Shown: positions 12,657 to 22,306, numbered from the stretch's first letter. The stretch: 23,285 nt of DNA from a bacterium (GCA_965202625.1 CBDBBI010000007.1:1-23285), one strand, 5' to 3'. Notes: generated from the sequence alone by a model not told the origin. Made by a program: numbers and translations.

Positions 12657-13343
12657 TCACGCATACGCCAGCACTCCTTCCAGCTCCTCAAGCGAGCCGA
12701 TTTCCGCGTCGATCTCGTGCGGGACGCGCTCTTTTTTCTGTGCGAATCGATTGACCCAGACCACGCGATACCCGAAATGCGACGCGCCCGCCACATCCCA
12801 GGCGTTGGAGGAGAAAAAGCAGATTCTGCCGGCGGGAACGCCGAGCCTGTCCACCGCCAGTTGATAGACGGAGGGGTGCGTCTTGAACACCCCCACCTCC
12901 TCGGCGGAGAGGACCGCTTCCAGATATTCCCCGATATCGGCGCTTCTCACCGCGCTGTCGAGCATTTCGGGAGAACCGTTGGAGAGAATCGCCGCCCGCA
13001 TCCGGCTCCTCCGGAGCTTCCCGAGCGCGCCTCTCACCTCGGGATACGCGCGCAATCGCTTGTAAAGCGCCATGAGTTCGTCTCGAAGCTCCGGCTCCTC
13101 CATTCCCAGAGTATCGAGGGCGAAATCCAGCGCGTCGCCCGTCACCCGCCAGAAATCTGCGTGACACCCCATCAGGCTCCTCAGCCACGTGTATTCGATC
13201 TGCTTCGTCCGCCAAAGCGAGGAGAGCACCCGCCACCGATCGCCCAGAGCGGATTCCTTCTCCGCGGCGGCGGACACGTCAAACAAGGTGCCGTAGGCGT
13301 CGAACAAACAGACGTCGATTTCATGGCCGTTCAGCAAGCGCAC
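12657..13343 (-). CDS. L-2-haloacid dehalogenase (HAD type II)
   Basis: FDAYGTLFD nucleophile motif, WRTKQIEYTW, LSNG, FKTHPSVY, SSNAWDVAGA. The likely GTG start at 13343 follows AGGGGAGAG. Confidence 0.92.
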   Translation of the reverse strand: MRLLNGHEIDVCLFDAYGTLFDVSAAAEKESALGDRWRVLSSLWRTKQIEYTWLRSLMGCHADFWRVTGDALDFALDTLGMEEPELRDELMALYKRLRAYPEVRGALGKLRRSRMRAAILSNGSPEMLDSAVRSADIGEYLEAVLSAEEVGVFKTHPSVYQLAVDRLGVPAGRICFFSSNAWDVAGASHFGYRVVWVNRFAQKKERVPHEIDAEIGSLEELEGVLAYA

Positions 13344-13379
13344 GTTCTCTCCCCTCATCAAAGCGCGGTTCGTTTTGCG

Positions 13380-14354
13380 CTAGGGTGCGAGGTTCAGCTT
13401 GCCCAGAAACTTTCCGCTCAACAAAAGCGCGTGGGCGTCGTTCGCCTCCGCAAGCGGAAACTCCCGTCCGACGTGGGGGTTGATGGCGCCTCTGTCCAGC
13501 AAAGGGGCCAGACGCCGGATGATGCCCGGAACGAGCGGGCCCAGATTCCCCGATGAGAGCGCCAGAATTCTGGCGTCTCGCCCCATGGCCGCCGGCAGCG
13601 GAATCGTCGCTTCGGGTCCCTTGCCCGTCCCCGTTCCCACGATGACGATTCGGCCGTTGAGGGCGTTGAGCGTGAGGTCGGCGGGCAAATTCTCGCAGCC
13701 AGCGGTCTCCACGACGACATCGACGCCCCGTCCGGCAGTGAGTGCCATCACGCGCTCGGGCACGTTCTCCTCCCTGTAGTTGATGGCCGCCTCGGCACCG
13801 GCGGCGAGACAAAAATCCGCCTTCTCCTTCGAGCTCACGGTGGCGAACACCCGACAACCCACCTCACGGGCGAGCTGAATGGACAAATAGCCCACGCCGC
13901 CCGCTCCCCCCTGCACGAGCACGCAATCGCCCGGAGTCGCCTCTCCCTTCAGAATCAAGGCGTTCCAGGCCGTGAGGAGGGGGATGGGCAGCGCGGCACC
14001 CTGCGCGAAGGACATGGAATCCGGCAGCCTTCCTGCCGCGTCTGCGGGCACCAGCCCTCTCTCGGCGTATGCGCCCGCCGGGGCGCGCCCCCATACCCGA
14101 TCTCCCGGAGAGAACGCATCGACGCCCTCGCCCACCGCCTCCACCTCGCCCGCCACGTCCGTGCCGCACGTATAGGGGAGGCGCATCGCCCTGGAGCGCG
14201 GATGCTTTCCCGAGCGTATGGCGACTTCCAGAGGATTCACTCCGGCGGCCGCTACGCGCACCAAAATCTCGCCGCGCCCCGGCTTCGGCTCCTCCACGTC
14301 TTCCAGAACCATCGGATGATCGAGACCGAACCGGGTCACCCTTATCGCTTTCAT
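13380..14354 (-). CDS. NADPH:quinone oxidoreductase / zeta-crystallin-like MDR, paralog A
   Basis: 324 aa. AAGVNP, G.DVAGEV, VLVQGGAGGVG, GRGVDVV, and GK..L C-terminus. No Zn-ligand motif. Confidence 0.9.
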   Translation of the reverse strand: MKAIRVTRFGLDHPMVLEDVEEPKPGRGEILVRVAAAGVNPLEVAIRSGKHPRSRAMRLPYTCGTDVAGEVEAVGEGVDAFSPGDRVWGRAPAGAYAERGLVPADAAGRLPDSMSFAQGAALPIPLLTAWNALILKGEATPGDCVLVQGGAGGVGYLSIQLAREVGCRVFATVSSKEKADFCLAAGAEAAINYREENVPERVMALTAGRGVDVVVETAGCENLPADLTLNALNGRIVIVGTGTGKGPEATIPLPAAMGRDARILALSSGNLGPLVPGIIRRLAPLLDRGAINPHVGREFPLAEANDAHALLLSGKFLGKLNLAP

Positions 14355-14394
14355 TTCCTTCTCCTCTCGCCCCGCAACCCGCGCCCGTGGGCGC

Positions 14395-15369
14395 TTATGG
14401 GGTCAGGACAACCTTGCCCAGAAACCGCCCCTCCAAAACGTGATCGTGTGCCTGGTTCGCCTCCGCAAACCCCCAGGTCCTATCGACGTGGACGCGAAAC
14501 GCGCCCTCGCGCAGCAAAGGCGTGAAGCGGCGCACCAACTCCGGCATCTTCGGAAACAGGTTCACCACGGCCAAACCGAGAACGACGGCGTCTTTCGTCA
14601 TCACGGCCGGAACGCGAAACTCCGCGCCCGGCCCCTTTCCCGTTCCCGTTCCTATGACGATAATTCTTCCGTCCACGCGGATGGCGTCCAGATCCTTGTC
14701 AAAATTATCGCACGCGCAAAGCTCGACGACGACGTCGACGCCGCGCCCGTCGGTGAGCTCCATGCAGCGTTCCGCGAAATCCTCCTCTCGGTAGTTGATC
14801 GTCTCGTCCGCGCCCAAATCCCTGCAAAATTTCGCCTTTTCATCAGAGCTCACCGTGGCGAAGACGCGACACCCCAGGCGTCTGGCGAGTTGAATCGCCG
14901 CCATGCCGACGCCTCCCGCCCCGCCCTGAATCAGTACCGTCTCGCCGGGACCCGCCTGGGCCTTGATGACGAGCGCGTTCCAGGCGGTATAGAACGCCAC
15001 GGTGATGCACGCTCCCTCCTCGTAGGAGCAGGCGTCGGGCAACTCCGCCGCCGCGTCCGCCGAGAGGCGCACGTTCTCGGCGTAGCCGCCGCCCACCGCG
15101 CGGCCATACGCGCGCTGCCCGATACGCCAGCCCTCCACCCCCTCTCCCAAGGCGATGATTTCCCCCGCCGCCTCGGCGCCCGGAACGTAGGGCGGCACAA
15201 CCAGCCTGGCGTAGGGGTGTTTGGCGGCGCGAATGGCCAAGTCCACCGGATTGACGCTGGCCGCGCCGGTTTTTATCAACACCTCGCCAGGGGCCGGCTT
15301 CGGGTCTTCCACCTCATCCACCCGCATGGGGACATCCATGTTGAATTCATGTACGCGCACCGCTTTCAT
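14395..15369 (-). CDS. NADPH:quinone oxidoreductase / zeta-crystallin-like MDR, paralog B
   Basis: 324 aa. ASVNPVD, PGAEAAGEI, VLIQGGAGGVG, GRGVDVV, GKVVL. RBS AAGGAG. Confidence 0.9.
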   Translation of the reverse strand: MKAVRVHEFNMDVPMRVDEVEDPKPAPGEVLIKTGAASVNPVDLAIRAAKHPYARLVVPPYVPGAEAAGEIIALGEGVEGWRIGQRAYGRAVGGGYAENVRLSADAAAELPDACSYEEGACITVAFYTAWNALVIKAQAGPGETVLIQGGAGGVGMAAIQLARRLGCRVFATVSSDEKAKFCRDLGADETINYREEDFAERCMELTDGRGVDVVVELCACDNFDKDLDAIRVDGRIIVIGTGTGKGPGAEFRVPAVMTKDAVVLGLAVVNLFPKMPELVRRFTPLLREGAFRVHVDRTWGFAEANQAHDHVLEGRFLGKVVLTP

Positions 15370-15477
15370 AGAAGTTTCACTCCTTCAGTTTTGAAAACCA
15401 GTTCAAACGCCACCGGACGGCACAGAGGTTCCGCCCGCGCCTGAACACGAAAAGAAAATACAAACGCCTGACAAATC

Positions 15478-16323
15478 CTAAAAATCCTCCGGCCAGCTGC
15501 TGCGGCGTCGCTCGCCCGCATCGCACGGCGGGGCCGCCCTGGATATGAGAACAGGAATTCGCCCTGCTTCTCGCACGCGATGGGCCTGGCGCGGCCTTTC
15601 CGCCGGCGCACCCACGATCTCCAGAACCAGTTTTCTGCGAATGGCGCGTCCAAAAGACGCAAAATCATTCGCAACCACCATGAAGGAGTGCCTGCCCCCG
15701 ATGACGCAGTTTCTGTAATACAAATCCAGATTCGCCATCGGCACTCTCCCCCAGGGACTGGGCCGGTCGTTCACGATGGGGAGTCCATTTATCTTCACCC
15801 CCGCCCGTATCGCCTTCGCCCGCGCCGTCCTCACGTCATCTCCGCTGTTGTTTGGCCCATCTCCGGAAATATCAATGACGCGGCGCGTGCCCGTGAATCC
15901 GTTGTCATCGAACATGGGCAAGGCGAACTCTATCGCGCCGCTGATGGAGGTGTAGGGGCCCACACCCACCGGTTTCCGGGCGAGGAGCGCGGCGAACGCC
16001 CCCGCGCTCGCCTCGTCGTGAATCTGCGTCCAGCCCGCCACAGTGTGCTGAAAATCATGGCCGGCCCATTCCACGTAAGCCACCGCGACGCGTTTGCGCC
16101 TGCCCGAGCGAATGGCGCGCAAAACGGATGCGGAGCGAAAGGCGTTCACGTAGCCCATGCGCTGGAGCCTCCCCTCCTCCGCATCCACGCTTCCGGAAAC
16201 GTCCACGGCCAGGACGAGCTCCAGGTCCACCTCGACTGGAGCGGACCATGCGAAACCCGGAAGAGAAGAAGAGGCGAGCATCAGCGCGACAATCGCCAAA
16301 CCTGCCCGTATGGCTGAGCGCAT
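15478..16323 (-). CDS. DUF1194 (vWA-like) exported protein
   Basis: VDLELVLAVDVSGS (MIDAS), RRVIDISGDGPNNSG, INGLPI, YYRNCVIGG. A hydrophobic signal-like segment follows the probable start at 16323 (GGGGAGAG RBS); 16329 is an alternative start. Confidence 0.88.
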   Translation of the reverse strand: MRSAIRAGLAIVALMLASSSLPGFAWSAPVEVDLELVLAVDVSGSVDAEEGRLQRMGYVNAFRSASVLRAIRSGRRKRVAVAYVEWAGHDFQHTVAGWTQIHDEASAGAFAALLARKPVGVGPYTSISGAIEFALPMFDDNGFTGTRRVIDISGDGPNNSGDDVRTARAKAIRAGVKINGLPIVNDRPSPWGRVPMANLDLYYRNCVIGGRHSFMVVANDFASFGRAIRRKLVLEIVGAPAERPRQAHRVREAGRIPVLISRAAPPCDAGERRRSSWPEDF

Positions 16324-16596
16324 CACCATCTCTCCCCGCGCTTCGGGTGGGGGCTTTTCCGCATCATCGCAGAAGGGACGCCCCGAACGCCGCACTCCCC
16401 CGAGGCCAGGAAAAATGATGCGGCAAGCGACAAACGCGCGCGCTTTGGGGAACCATCGCATCCTCCGTCGCGCGGCAAGTTATCAGCCAGACGCGAATCG
16501 AGGCAAACCCCTCCATGAAACCCAGGTTTTGCCGGCGCTGAGGGCTGGGCTATCCTGCACGGAGAGCGCAGACGCCTTCACCATGGAGGGTAGTTC

Positions 16597-17943
16597 ATGC
16601 TGGACATCAAGCCGCCGGACGCGGCGGTTCGCATCATTCAAGCGCTGCGGGCACTGGGCCATCGCGCCCTTCTTGCGGGAGGGTGCGTGAGAGACGCCCT
16701 GCTCGGCCGGAAACCAAAGGACTGGGACATCGCCACGGACGCGAGGCCGGAAACCGTGCGGAGCCGCTTTGAGAAAACCGCGATGACGGGAGCGCAGTTT
16801 GGCGTGGTGCGCGTGCGCATGGAAGGGCGAGAGTTTGAAGTGGCGCAATTTCGCGAAGACGACGTGTATGGCGACGGAAGACGCCCGAATGCGGTACGTC
16901 CTTCCAACGAGATCGAAGATGCGAGAAGGCGGGATTTCACGGTCAACGGAATGTTTTACGACATACTCGAGAGTCGGGTTCTCGACTACGTCGGCGGTAT
17001 GCGCGACCTTGCGGAGAAAACCATTCGCGCCATCGGAGAGCCGGGGCTTCGATTCCAGGAGGACCACCTGCGAATGATGAGAGCGGTCCGCTTCTCGGCG
17101 AAATTCGGTTTCGCCATCGAGCCGGCGACCGCCTCGGCCATCCAGGCGAACGCGAGGCGCATCGAGAAAATAAGCGCCGAGCGGATTCGAGACGAACTGA
17201 CGACGATGCTCACCCAGGAGAATCCCGACCGCGCTTTCCCCATGCTCGATTCTCTGGGGCTTCTCCCATACGTACTGCCCGAGGTCGTCGCCCTGAAGGG
17301 CGTTGCGCAGCCTCCGGAATTTCACCCCGAAGGCGACGTCTGGACGCACACCCTCATCATGCTGCGCATCAAGTGCTCCTCCTCGCCCACCCTCTCCTGG
17401 AGCGTATTGCTCCACGACGTCGGCAAACCCTCCACATACGCGAAAACCGACAGAATCCGCTTCAACGGACACGACAAGGCGGGCGCGGAAATGGGTCTGG
17501 CCATTTGCGAGAGGCTTCGCATGGCGCGGTCGCGCGCGCTGCGCATTCAGGCGCTGGTCGCCAACCACATGCGCTTCATGCACGTGGAGAAGATGCGGGA
17601 CAGCCGGCTGAAGCGATTTCTGCGGGAGCCCTACTTCGAGGAGTTGCTGGAGCTGCATCGCATCGATTGCCTCGCCAGCCACGGCGATTTGGGAACCCAT
17701 GAGTTCTGCACCGAAAAACTGCGCGCACTCCAGGAGGAATCCCTCCGTCCGCCGCGTCTGCTGGATGGGCGCGCGCTCATGGACATGGGCTACCCGCAAG
17801 GGCCGAGGCTGGGAGAGATTCTCTTCGCGCTTGAAGATGCGCAGCTCGAGGGGTGCGTGTCCACCGCCGAGCAGGCCAGGGATTTCGTAAGGCGAAATTT
17901 CGCATTCCGCAAAGTCGTTGATTCGCGAAACGACAACCGCTAG
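16597..17943 (+). CDS. cca: tRNA nucleotidyltransferase (class II CCA-adding type) with HD domain
   Basis: GGCVRD..DWDIAT, RRDFTVN, EDHLRMMRAVRF, ERIRDEL, and HD domain HPEGDVWTHT..LLHDVGKP. The flexible loop (YGDGRRP) is present and the poly(A) polymerase G(R/K)RF signature is absent. Confidence 0.9.
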   Translation: MLDIKPPDAAVRIIQALRALGHRALLAGGCVRDALLGRKPKDWDIATDARPETVRSRFEKTAMTGAQFGVVRVRMEGREFEVAQFREDDVYGDGRRPNAVRPSNEIEDARRRDFTVNGMFYDILESRVLDYVGGMRDLAEKTIRAIGEPGLRFQEDHLRMMRAVRFSAKFGFAIEPATASAIQANARRIEKISAERIRDELTTMLTQENPDRAFPMLDSLGLLPYVLPEVVALKGVAQPPEFHPEGDVWTHTLIMLRIKCSSSPTLSWSVLLHDVGKPSTYAKTDRIRFNGHDKAGAEMGLAICERLRMARSRALRIQALVANHMRFMHVEKMRDSRLKRFLREPYFEELLELHRIDCLASHGDLGTHEFCTEKLRALQEESLRPPRLLDGRALMDMGYPQGPRLGEILFALEDAQLEGCVSTAEQARDFVRRNFAFRKVVDSRNDNR

Positions 17944-17983
17944 GATGAAGCGGTGCACTTCTCCCCCACTCCGGGTATCCTGC

Positions 17984-18517
17984 ATGGCTTCGGTTTCCAT
18001 CATGACGGCGAAAGAGCTCGAATTGTCCCTCAAGCGGATCGCCTCCGAGATGATGGAGGCGTGCGCCGGAGATGAAAGCGTCGCCCTCCTCGGAGTGCTC
18101 ACGCGAGGAGAACCGTTGGCCAGGCGGCTCAAGGAACACATTCAGGAACTCGAAAACGTCACTCCCCCCCTTGGCGTGCTCGACATCGGCATCCATCGAG
18201 ACGACGCGGGGCACCCCGCGGAGGGGCGTCATTTCGAGCCGACGCTCGTTGATTTTGACATGACGAATCGCCAGATTTTTCTGGTGGACGACGTGTTCTT
18301 CACGGGCAGAACCACGCGCGCGGCACTGGACGCCGTCATGGAAATGGGACGACCAAAGAGAATATGGCTCGCCACCCTGATAGACCGAGGGCACCGAGAG
18401 CTGCCGTTTCGTCCCGATTTCGTCGGCAAGAACGTGCCCACCTCCCCCCAGGAGCACATCCAGGTTCGAATGCGGGAAGTGGATGGCGAGGACGGCGTGT
18501 GGCTCCTCAAAAAATGA
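17984..18517 (+). CDS. pyrR: PyrR-family uracil phosphoribosyltransferase / pyr regulator
   Basis: RIASE, LGVLTRG, LDIGIHRDD, LVDDVFFTGRTTRAALDA, DRGHRELPFRPDFVGKNVPT. The start is chosen by alignment with typical PyrR N-termini. Confidence 0.93.
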   Translation: MASVSIMTAKELELSLKRIASEMMEACAGDESVALLGVLTRGEPLARRLKEHIQELENVTPPLGVLDIGIHRDDAGHPAEGRHFEPTLVDFDMTNRQIFLVDDVFFTGRTTRAALDAVMEMGRPKRIWLATLIDRGHRELPFRPDFVGKNVPTSPQEHIQVRMREVDGEDGVWLLKK

Positions 18518-18549
18518 CCGCAAGGGGGAGACTGACCGGTCGCTCCTCC

Positions 18550-18572
18550 TCCCCCCAAAAAGGGGGGATTTT
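18550..18572 (+). terminator. Putative intrinsic terminator after pyrR
   Basis: TCCCCCC-AAAAA-GGGGGGA stem-loop followed by TTTT, between convergent genes. Confidence 0.55.
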
Positions 18573-18595
18573 CAACATGAAACGTCTCGTTCCGC

Positions 18596-19471
18596 CTACA
18601 CGCTCGCCCAGGCGATCATCATCGTGGCGAAAAACAACAAGACGCCTCCCGCCCATTTCCGCCACGTGAGTTTCTCTTCTTCTTTGAGCCAAACGCGCGC
18701 GAGCGCCAGGGAGAACAAGGGCGCGGTATAGCTGAGGGGCATGACGACGAACACCTCGCCATACTGAAACGCGGAGAAAAACGCCAGATAGGCCGCGGCG
18801 TTGACCACGCCCGCCAGGCTGAACCACTTGAAGCCCACCCAGTCCATGCGGAAACGCTCGGCTTCAGGCAGGGCGGGAGCGAACAACAGGAGTGCGGGCA
18901 ACGAAACGAGGTTCGCGATCGTCGCGCCGATCAAGGGATCGCCGTAAACGAGCAGCCCGTAGCGCCGCAGGGTGGATGCGACCGCCATCACGACGGCGTG
19001 AAGGAAAGGGTAGATCATGTGGACGCGCCTCCAGTCGGAGTCGCCCTCCGGCTTGACGGTCAAGAACAGACATCCCGCCATTACGAAAACGATGGCGATC
19101 CAAACCGCAAGCCCCGGCCTCTCTCCAAGCCAGGCCATCGCCACCAGGGTCGAGAGGAAGGGGGTGATCGTCACCAAGGGCATGGTGCGGCCGACGCCTA
19201 TCGTCCTGAAACCCAGAAAGAGGAGGAAGCGGCTGAACCCTGGAGCGAGGACGCCGCCTGCGAGAAACCAAAGCCCCGCCCGATAGGAGAGCTGCCCCCA
19301 GCTGGAGAAAGCGAGGGATAGCCCCCCCAGAATCGGAATTCCGATGGCCAGACCGACGACCGCGCCGACGTAGGCGGTCGTCTCTCCCAGCCCCTTGCGC
19401 GCGATAACGCTGAATACGGCGAACAGAACCGCCGACGCCAGACTTAAAACGATGGCGAGATAATGCTCCAA
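18596..19471 (-). CDS. EamA/DMT-family transporter
   Basis: About 10 hydrophobic segments in two repeats (PFLSTLVAMAWLGE; PLFSLALARVWLKEEEKLT). The likely TTG start at 19471 follows GGGAGG. Confidence 0.9.
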   Translation of the reverse strand: MEHYLAIVLSLASAVLFAVFSVIARKGLGETTAYVGAVVGLAIGIPILGGLSLAFSSWGQLSYRAGLWFLAGGVLAPGFSRFLLFLGFRTIGVGRTMPLVTITPFLSTLVAMAWLGERPGLAVWIAIVFVMAGCLFLTVKPEGDSDWRRVHMIYPFLHAVVMAVASTLRRYGLLVYGDPLIGATIANLVSLPALLLFAPALPEAERFRMDWVGFKWFSLAGVVNAAAYLAFFSAFQYGEVFVVMPLSYTAPLFSLALARVWLKEEEKLTWRKWAGGVLLFFATMMIAWASV

Positions 19472-19498
19472 GAAGCCTCCCCGCAAAGCGCAGGCATC

Positions 19499-19536
19499 AA
19501 AAAGCCGGGGCGGAAGACCCACGCTTCCGCCCCGGC
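19499..19536 (-). terminator. Intrinsic terminator after the alpha/beta hydrolase
   Basis: Perfect 13-bp stem GCCGGGGCGGAAG / CTTCCGCCCCGGC with a 7-nt loop, followed by TTTTT on the minus strand. Confidence 0.75.
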
Positions 19537-19590
19537 GCGCCCCTTATTCAGGTTGCGTTCAACTCACCGCTTCTCGCATTCTCTCATCCG

Positions 19591-20811
19591 CTAAAAATAG
19601 ACCTGGCCGGAACGCACGGGCGGCGTCCATTCGCACTGCCCGAATGGGCCATCCCCGTCCTCCTTCACGTAGGCGATGCGGTCGTCGCTCACCCGCCCAT
19701 CCACGAGGGTGCGACGCAGCCAGTCCAGAATGTATTGATGGTTGTCCATGCCCCCCAGATTCTTCAGGCTGACCAGGGGGTGGAACTGATTCTCGAACAC
19801 CCACATCTCCTTTTTGCACGTGAGATCCTCATACACCTCAATCGCATCCTCAAGGGGGCAGAGCGGGTCGAACTCGCCCGTCACCAGAAGGGTGGGACAT
19901 TGTATCTCGCCCATATACCCCTTCACGGTCATATTCCGCGCCATCTCGTCAAACGCATCCTCATCCTCCATGCCCGCCATATACATGAACACCTGCTTGA
20001 AGCGGGGCGAGGACTGCGTGAAGATCGTGTTGTTCGGGTTGAAGCAGGCCACCGCGCTCGCCACGGCGGCCGCGCGGCGGTCGTAACTCGCCAGGCGAAG
20101 CGACCAGAAGCTGCCCATGCTGATGCCGTATACGCCGATTTTGGTCGGCTCGATTTCCTCGCGCCCCAAGAGATAGTCCATCACCGCGGCGCCTGCGCGC
20201 TCATAATTGTCCCCGACGGCGCGTATCTTCTGCATGTTGGAGTTGCCCTGTCCGGGTCCGTCCATCGCCAGGACGTGAAAGCCCCGCTCGGCCGCGACGT
20301 TGTGCCTCGCGTGGGGAAACACCTCCTTGGTCTGGTCCATTCCCGGCACGTAGATCACGCAAGGCGCCTTTCTGCGATCCGGCAGCAAATGCAGAAGGCA
20401 CGATATGGTCTTGCCGTCATCGAAGGGGACTTCGACGCGCTCGATGGGATAGGAGGCGGTCTCGGATCGCCTGTCCACCATCTCCTTGAGCTTGTTGGTG
20501 AGGTAGATCTTCACCGGATTGTCGTCGTAAAAAATCGGATGCTGGGCCATTCGATACGCTTCGATGGCGTGGTCGTAGTGCTCCGTGGCCGTGGGATGAA
20601 AACCCTCCCTTTGCGCCTTCTTGGCGAGCTTCTCATGCGTCTCGGCGGACTCGCGCCAGACTTTGGGCAACATCTGGTAATTGTGGGCGCGCTTGCCCTG
20701 GGGGACTTCCAGGTAATCGCGCTCAAAGTTCTGAACGCGGCCCCTCATGTTGAGCGCCAAATCGAGCATCCACTGCTGGTTGTCTCTCTCGGTGCGTAGT
20801 TTCCGAATCAT
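19591..20811 (-). CDS. Alpha/beta hydrolase (FrsA / 2,6-dihydroxypseudooxynicotine hydrolase-like)
   Basis: IERVEVPF, PGMDQTKE, MDGPGQG, nucleophile elbow GISMG, candidate triad residues in GEFDPL and QFHP. Confidence 0.85.
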   Translation of the reverse strand: MIRKLRTERDNQQWMLDLALNMRGRVQNFERDYLEVPQGKRAHNYQMLPKVWRESAETHEKLAKKAQREGFHPTATEHYDHAIEAYRMAQHPIFYDDNPVKIYLTNKLKEMVDRRSETASYPIERVEVPFDDGKTISCLLHLLPDRRKAPCVIYVPGMDQTKEVFPHARHNVAAERGFHVLAMDGPGQGNSNMQKIRAVGDNYERAGAAVMDYLLGREEIEPTKIGVYGISMGSFWSLRLASYDRRAAAVASAVACFNPNNTIFTQSSPRFKQVFMYMAGMEDEDAFDEMARNMTVKGYMGEIQCPTLLVTGEFDPLCPLEDAIEVYEDLTCKKEMWVFENQFHPLVSLKNLGGMDNHQYILDWLRRTLVDGRVSDDRIAYVKEDGDGPFGQCEWTPPVRSGQVYF

Positions 20812-20887
20812 TTCGCTCTCCGTTTTGAGAAAATGGGGAAAGAGTTTCGCCGCAAAAAATCGCGTCGCCGCGCAGGGTTTCGGCGAA

Positions 20888-20917
20888 ATGCTAAGCGCGG
20901 GGACGCCCCTCGGTCAA
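20888..20917 (-). promoter_or_regulatory. Putative sigma70 promoter upstream of the hydrolase
   Basis: Minus strand TTGACC, 18-bp spacer, TAGCAT. Confidence 0.35.
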
Positions 20918-20945
20918 TCGCGCGCACCCGCAAAAACAAAATCCA

Positions 20946-22118
20946 TCAGCGAACGACCTCCTCGGCGCGCAAGGCGGATATCTCGCGGGGAGGGAGGCCC
21001 ATCTCGCCGAGCACTTCGTCCGTGTGCTGCCCGAGGCGAGGCGGCGGCCTTCGCACAGACGAGGGCGTCTTGTCGAGCTGCACAGGAACGCCCGCCATGC
21101 GCAAAACGCCGTATTCGGGATGCTCCGCCTGGGCGAGATAGCCCATCGCCTTCATCTGTTCATCCTCGAACAGGTCCGCAGGCTTTCTCACGCGCGCGCA
21201 GGGCACGCCGACGCCCTCGAACTTCCGCACCCATTCCTCGGCCGACGCGCCGAGCAAAACCTTCTGGACGCGGGGGATAATGGCATCGCGCGCGCGATGC
21301 CGCCCTCTGAAAACCTGCCACGCGCCATTCTCGAGCAATTCGGGAAGTCCGAGAACCTCGCAGGATTTCTCCCAGAAACCATCCACGTCCAGATAAAGGT
21401 AGATATGTCCGTCGGCGACCTCGTAGATCCGGGAAATCCTGTCGCTCAGGGCGTCCTCCACCCTCGAGAGAGGCTCAGAGTCGGGCGCCCATATCAGACG
21501 GCCAAACTGGGCGGCCGCAGCGCCTCCCAGAAGCGAGGCGTCGATGCGCTGCCCCTCGCCCGTGCGCTCACGGGCGTACAGCGCCATCAGCGCCGCGCCC
21601 AGTGCCAGTGCTCCGGTAATGTAATCCACGAAAGAGCCCTGCACGAGTCGGGGAGGACCGCCCGCCCCCTGCTCCGCCGGAATGCCCGCCGTGGTCTGGA
21701 TGATGGGGTCAATGCCCCTGCGCTCGCGCAAGGGACCCCTCTGTCCATAGGCGGAGACGGACAGATAAATCAGCCGGGGGTTCTCCCGCATCAACGCGTC
21801 GGCGCCCAGCCCCAGCCTCTCGACCGCTCCCGGACGATAGCCCTCCACGAACACGTCCGCGTCCGAGGCCAGTTTTCTGGCGATCTCCCTGCCGCGCGCC
21901 GCGCGCAGGTTGAGGGCGAGGCTGCGCTTGCTGCGGTTCAAACCCAGGAACAGCCTGCTTTCCCCCGCAAACGAGGAGGGAAAATTCCGGACGCGATCAC
22001 CCTCGGGCGGCTCGAGTTTGACGACGTCGGCGCCCGCATCTCCCATCATCAGCGTACAGAACGGCCCCGCCACGTAGTGCGTCATGTCCAGCACGCGAAT
22101 ACCGTCCAACGCGCCCAT
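20946..22118 (-). CDS. Family III CoA-transferase (CaiB/BaiF)
   Basis: LDGIRVLDMTHYVAGPFC, GADVVKLEPPEGD, NRSKRSLALNL, candidate catalytic Asp in SFVDYITG, and PPRLGQHT C-terminus. Confidence 0.93.
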   Translation of the reverse strand: MGALDGIRVLDMTHYVAGPFCTLMMGDAGADVVKLEPPEGDRVRNFPSSFAGESRLFLGLNRSKRSLALNLRAARGREIARKLASDADVFVEGYRPGAVERLGLGADALMRENPRLIYLSVSAYGQRGPLRERRGIDPIIQTTAGIPAEQGAGGPPRLVQGSFVDYITGALALGAALMALYARERTGEGQRIDASLLGGAAAAQFGRLIWAPDSEPLSRVEDALSDRISRIYEVADGHIYLYLDVDGFWEKSCEVLGLPELLENGAWQVFRGRHRARDAIIPRVQKVLLGASAEEWVRKFEGVGVPCARVRKPADLFEDEQMKAMGYLAQAEHPEYGVLRMAGVPVQLDKTPSSVRRPPPRLGQHTDEVLGEMGLPPREISALRAEEVVR

Positions 22119-22306
22119 GTCTTTCCCCCAATCCTCTTCGCTACCGATATCCGCATTGCGAACTACAAGCGCCCACTTACGGAGCGTGCTGTGTGCTCTC
22201 CCTTAGCTTTTCCCGATGACGCCCATTGTGTTTTTTCACCCGAACGGGCGGAAAGGCGATCGCTCGCAATGACGAACGCGGCGATTATCCCCCATCGACG
22301 CCGCGC

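Noticed and set aside
16597-17943. Poly(A) polymerase or CC-adding enzyme call
   Set aside because: The PAP signature is absent and the flexible loop is present. CCA-adding is preferred, although A-adding cannot be excluded.
16483-18141. 552-aa minus strand ORF
   Set aside because: Antisense shadow of cca and pyrR.
22263-22273. CTCGCAATGAC, reminiscent of one end of a REP/MITE-like palindromic element
   Set aside because: No complementary GTCATTGCGAG partner nearby; 11 bp is insufficient evidence.
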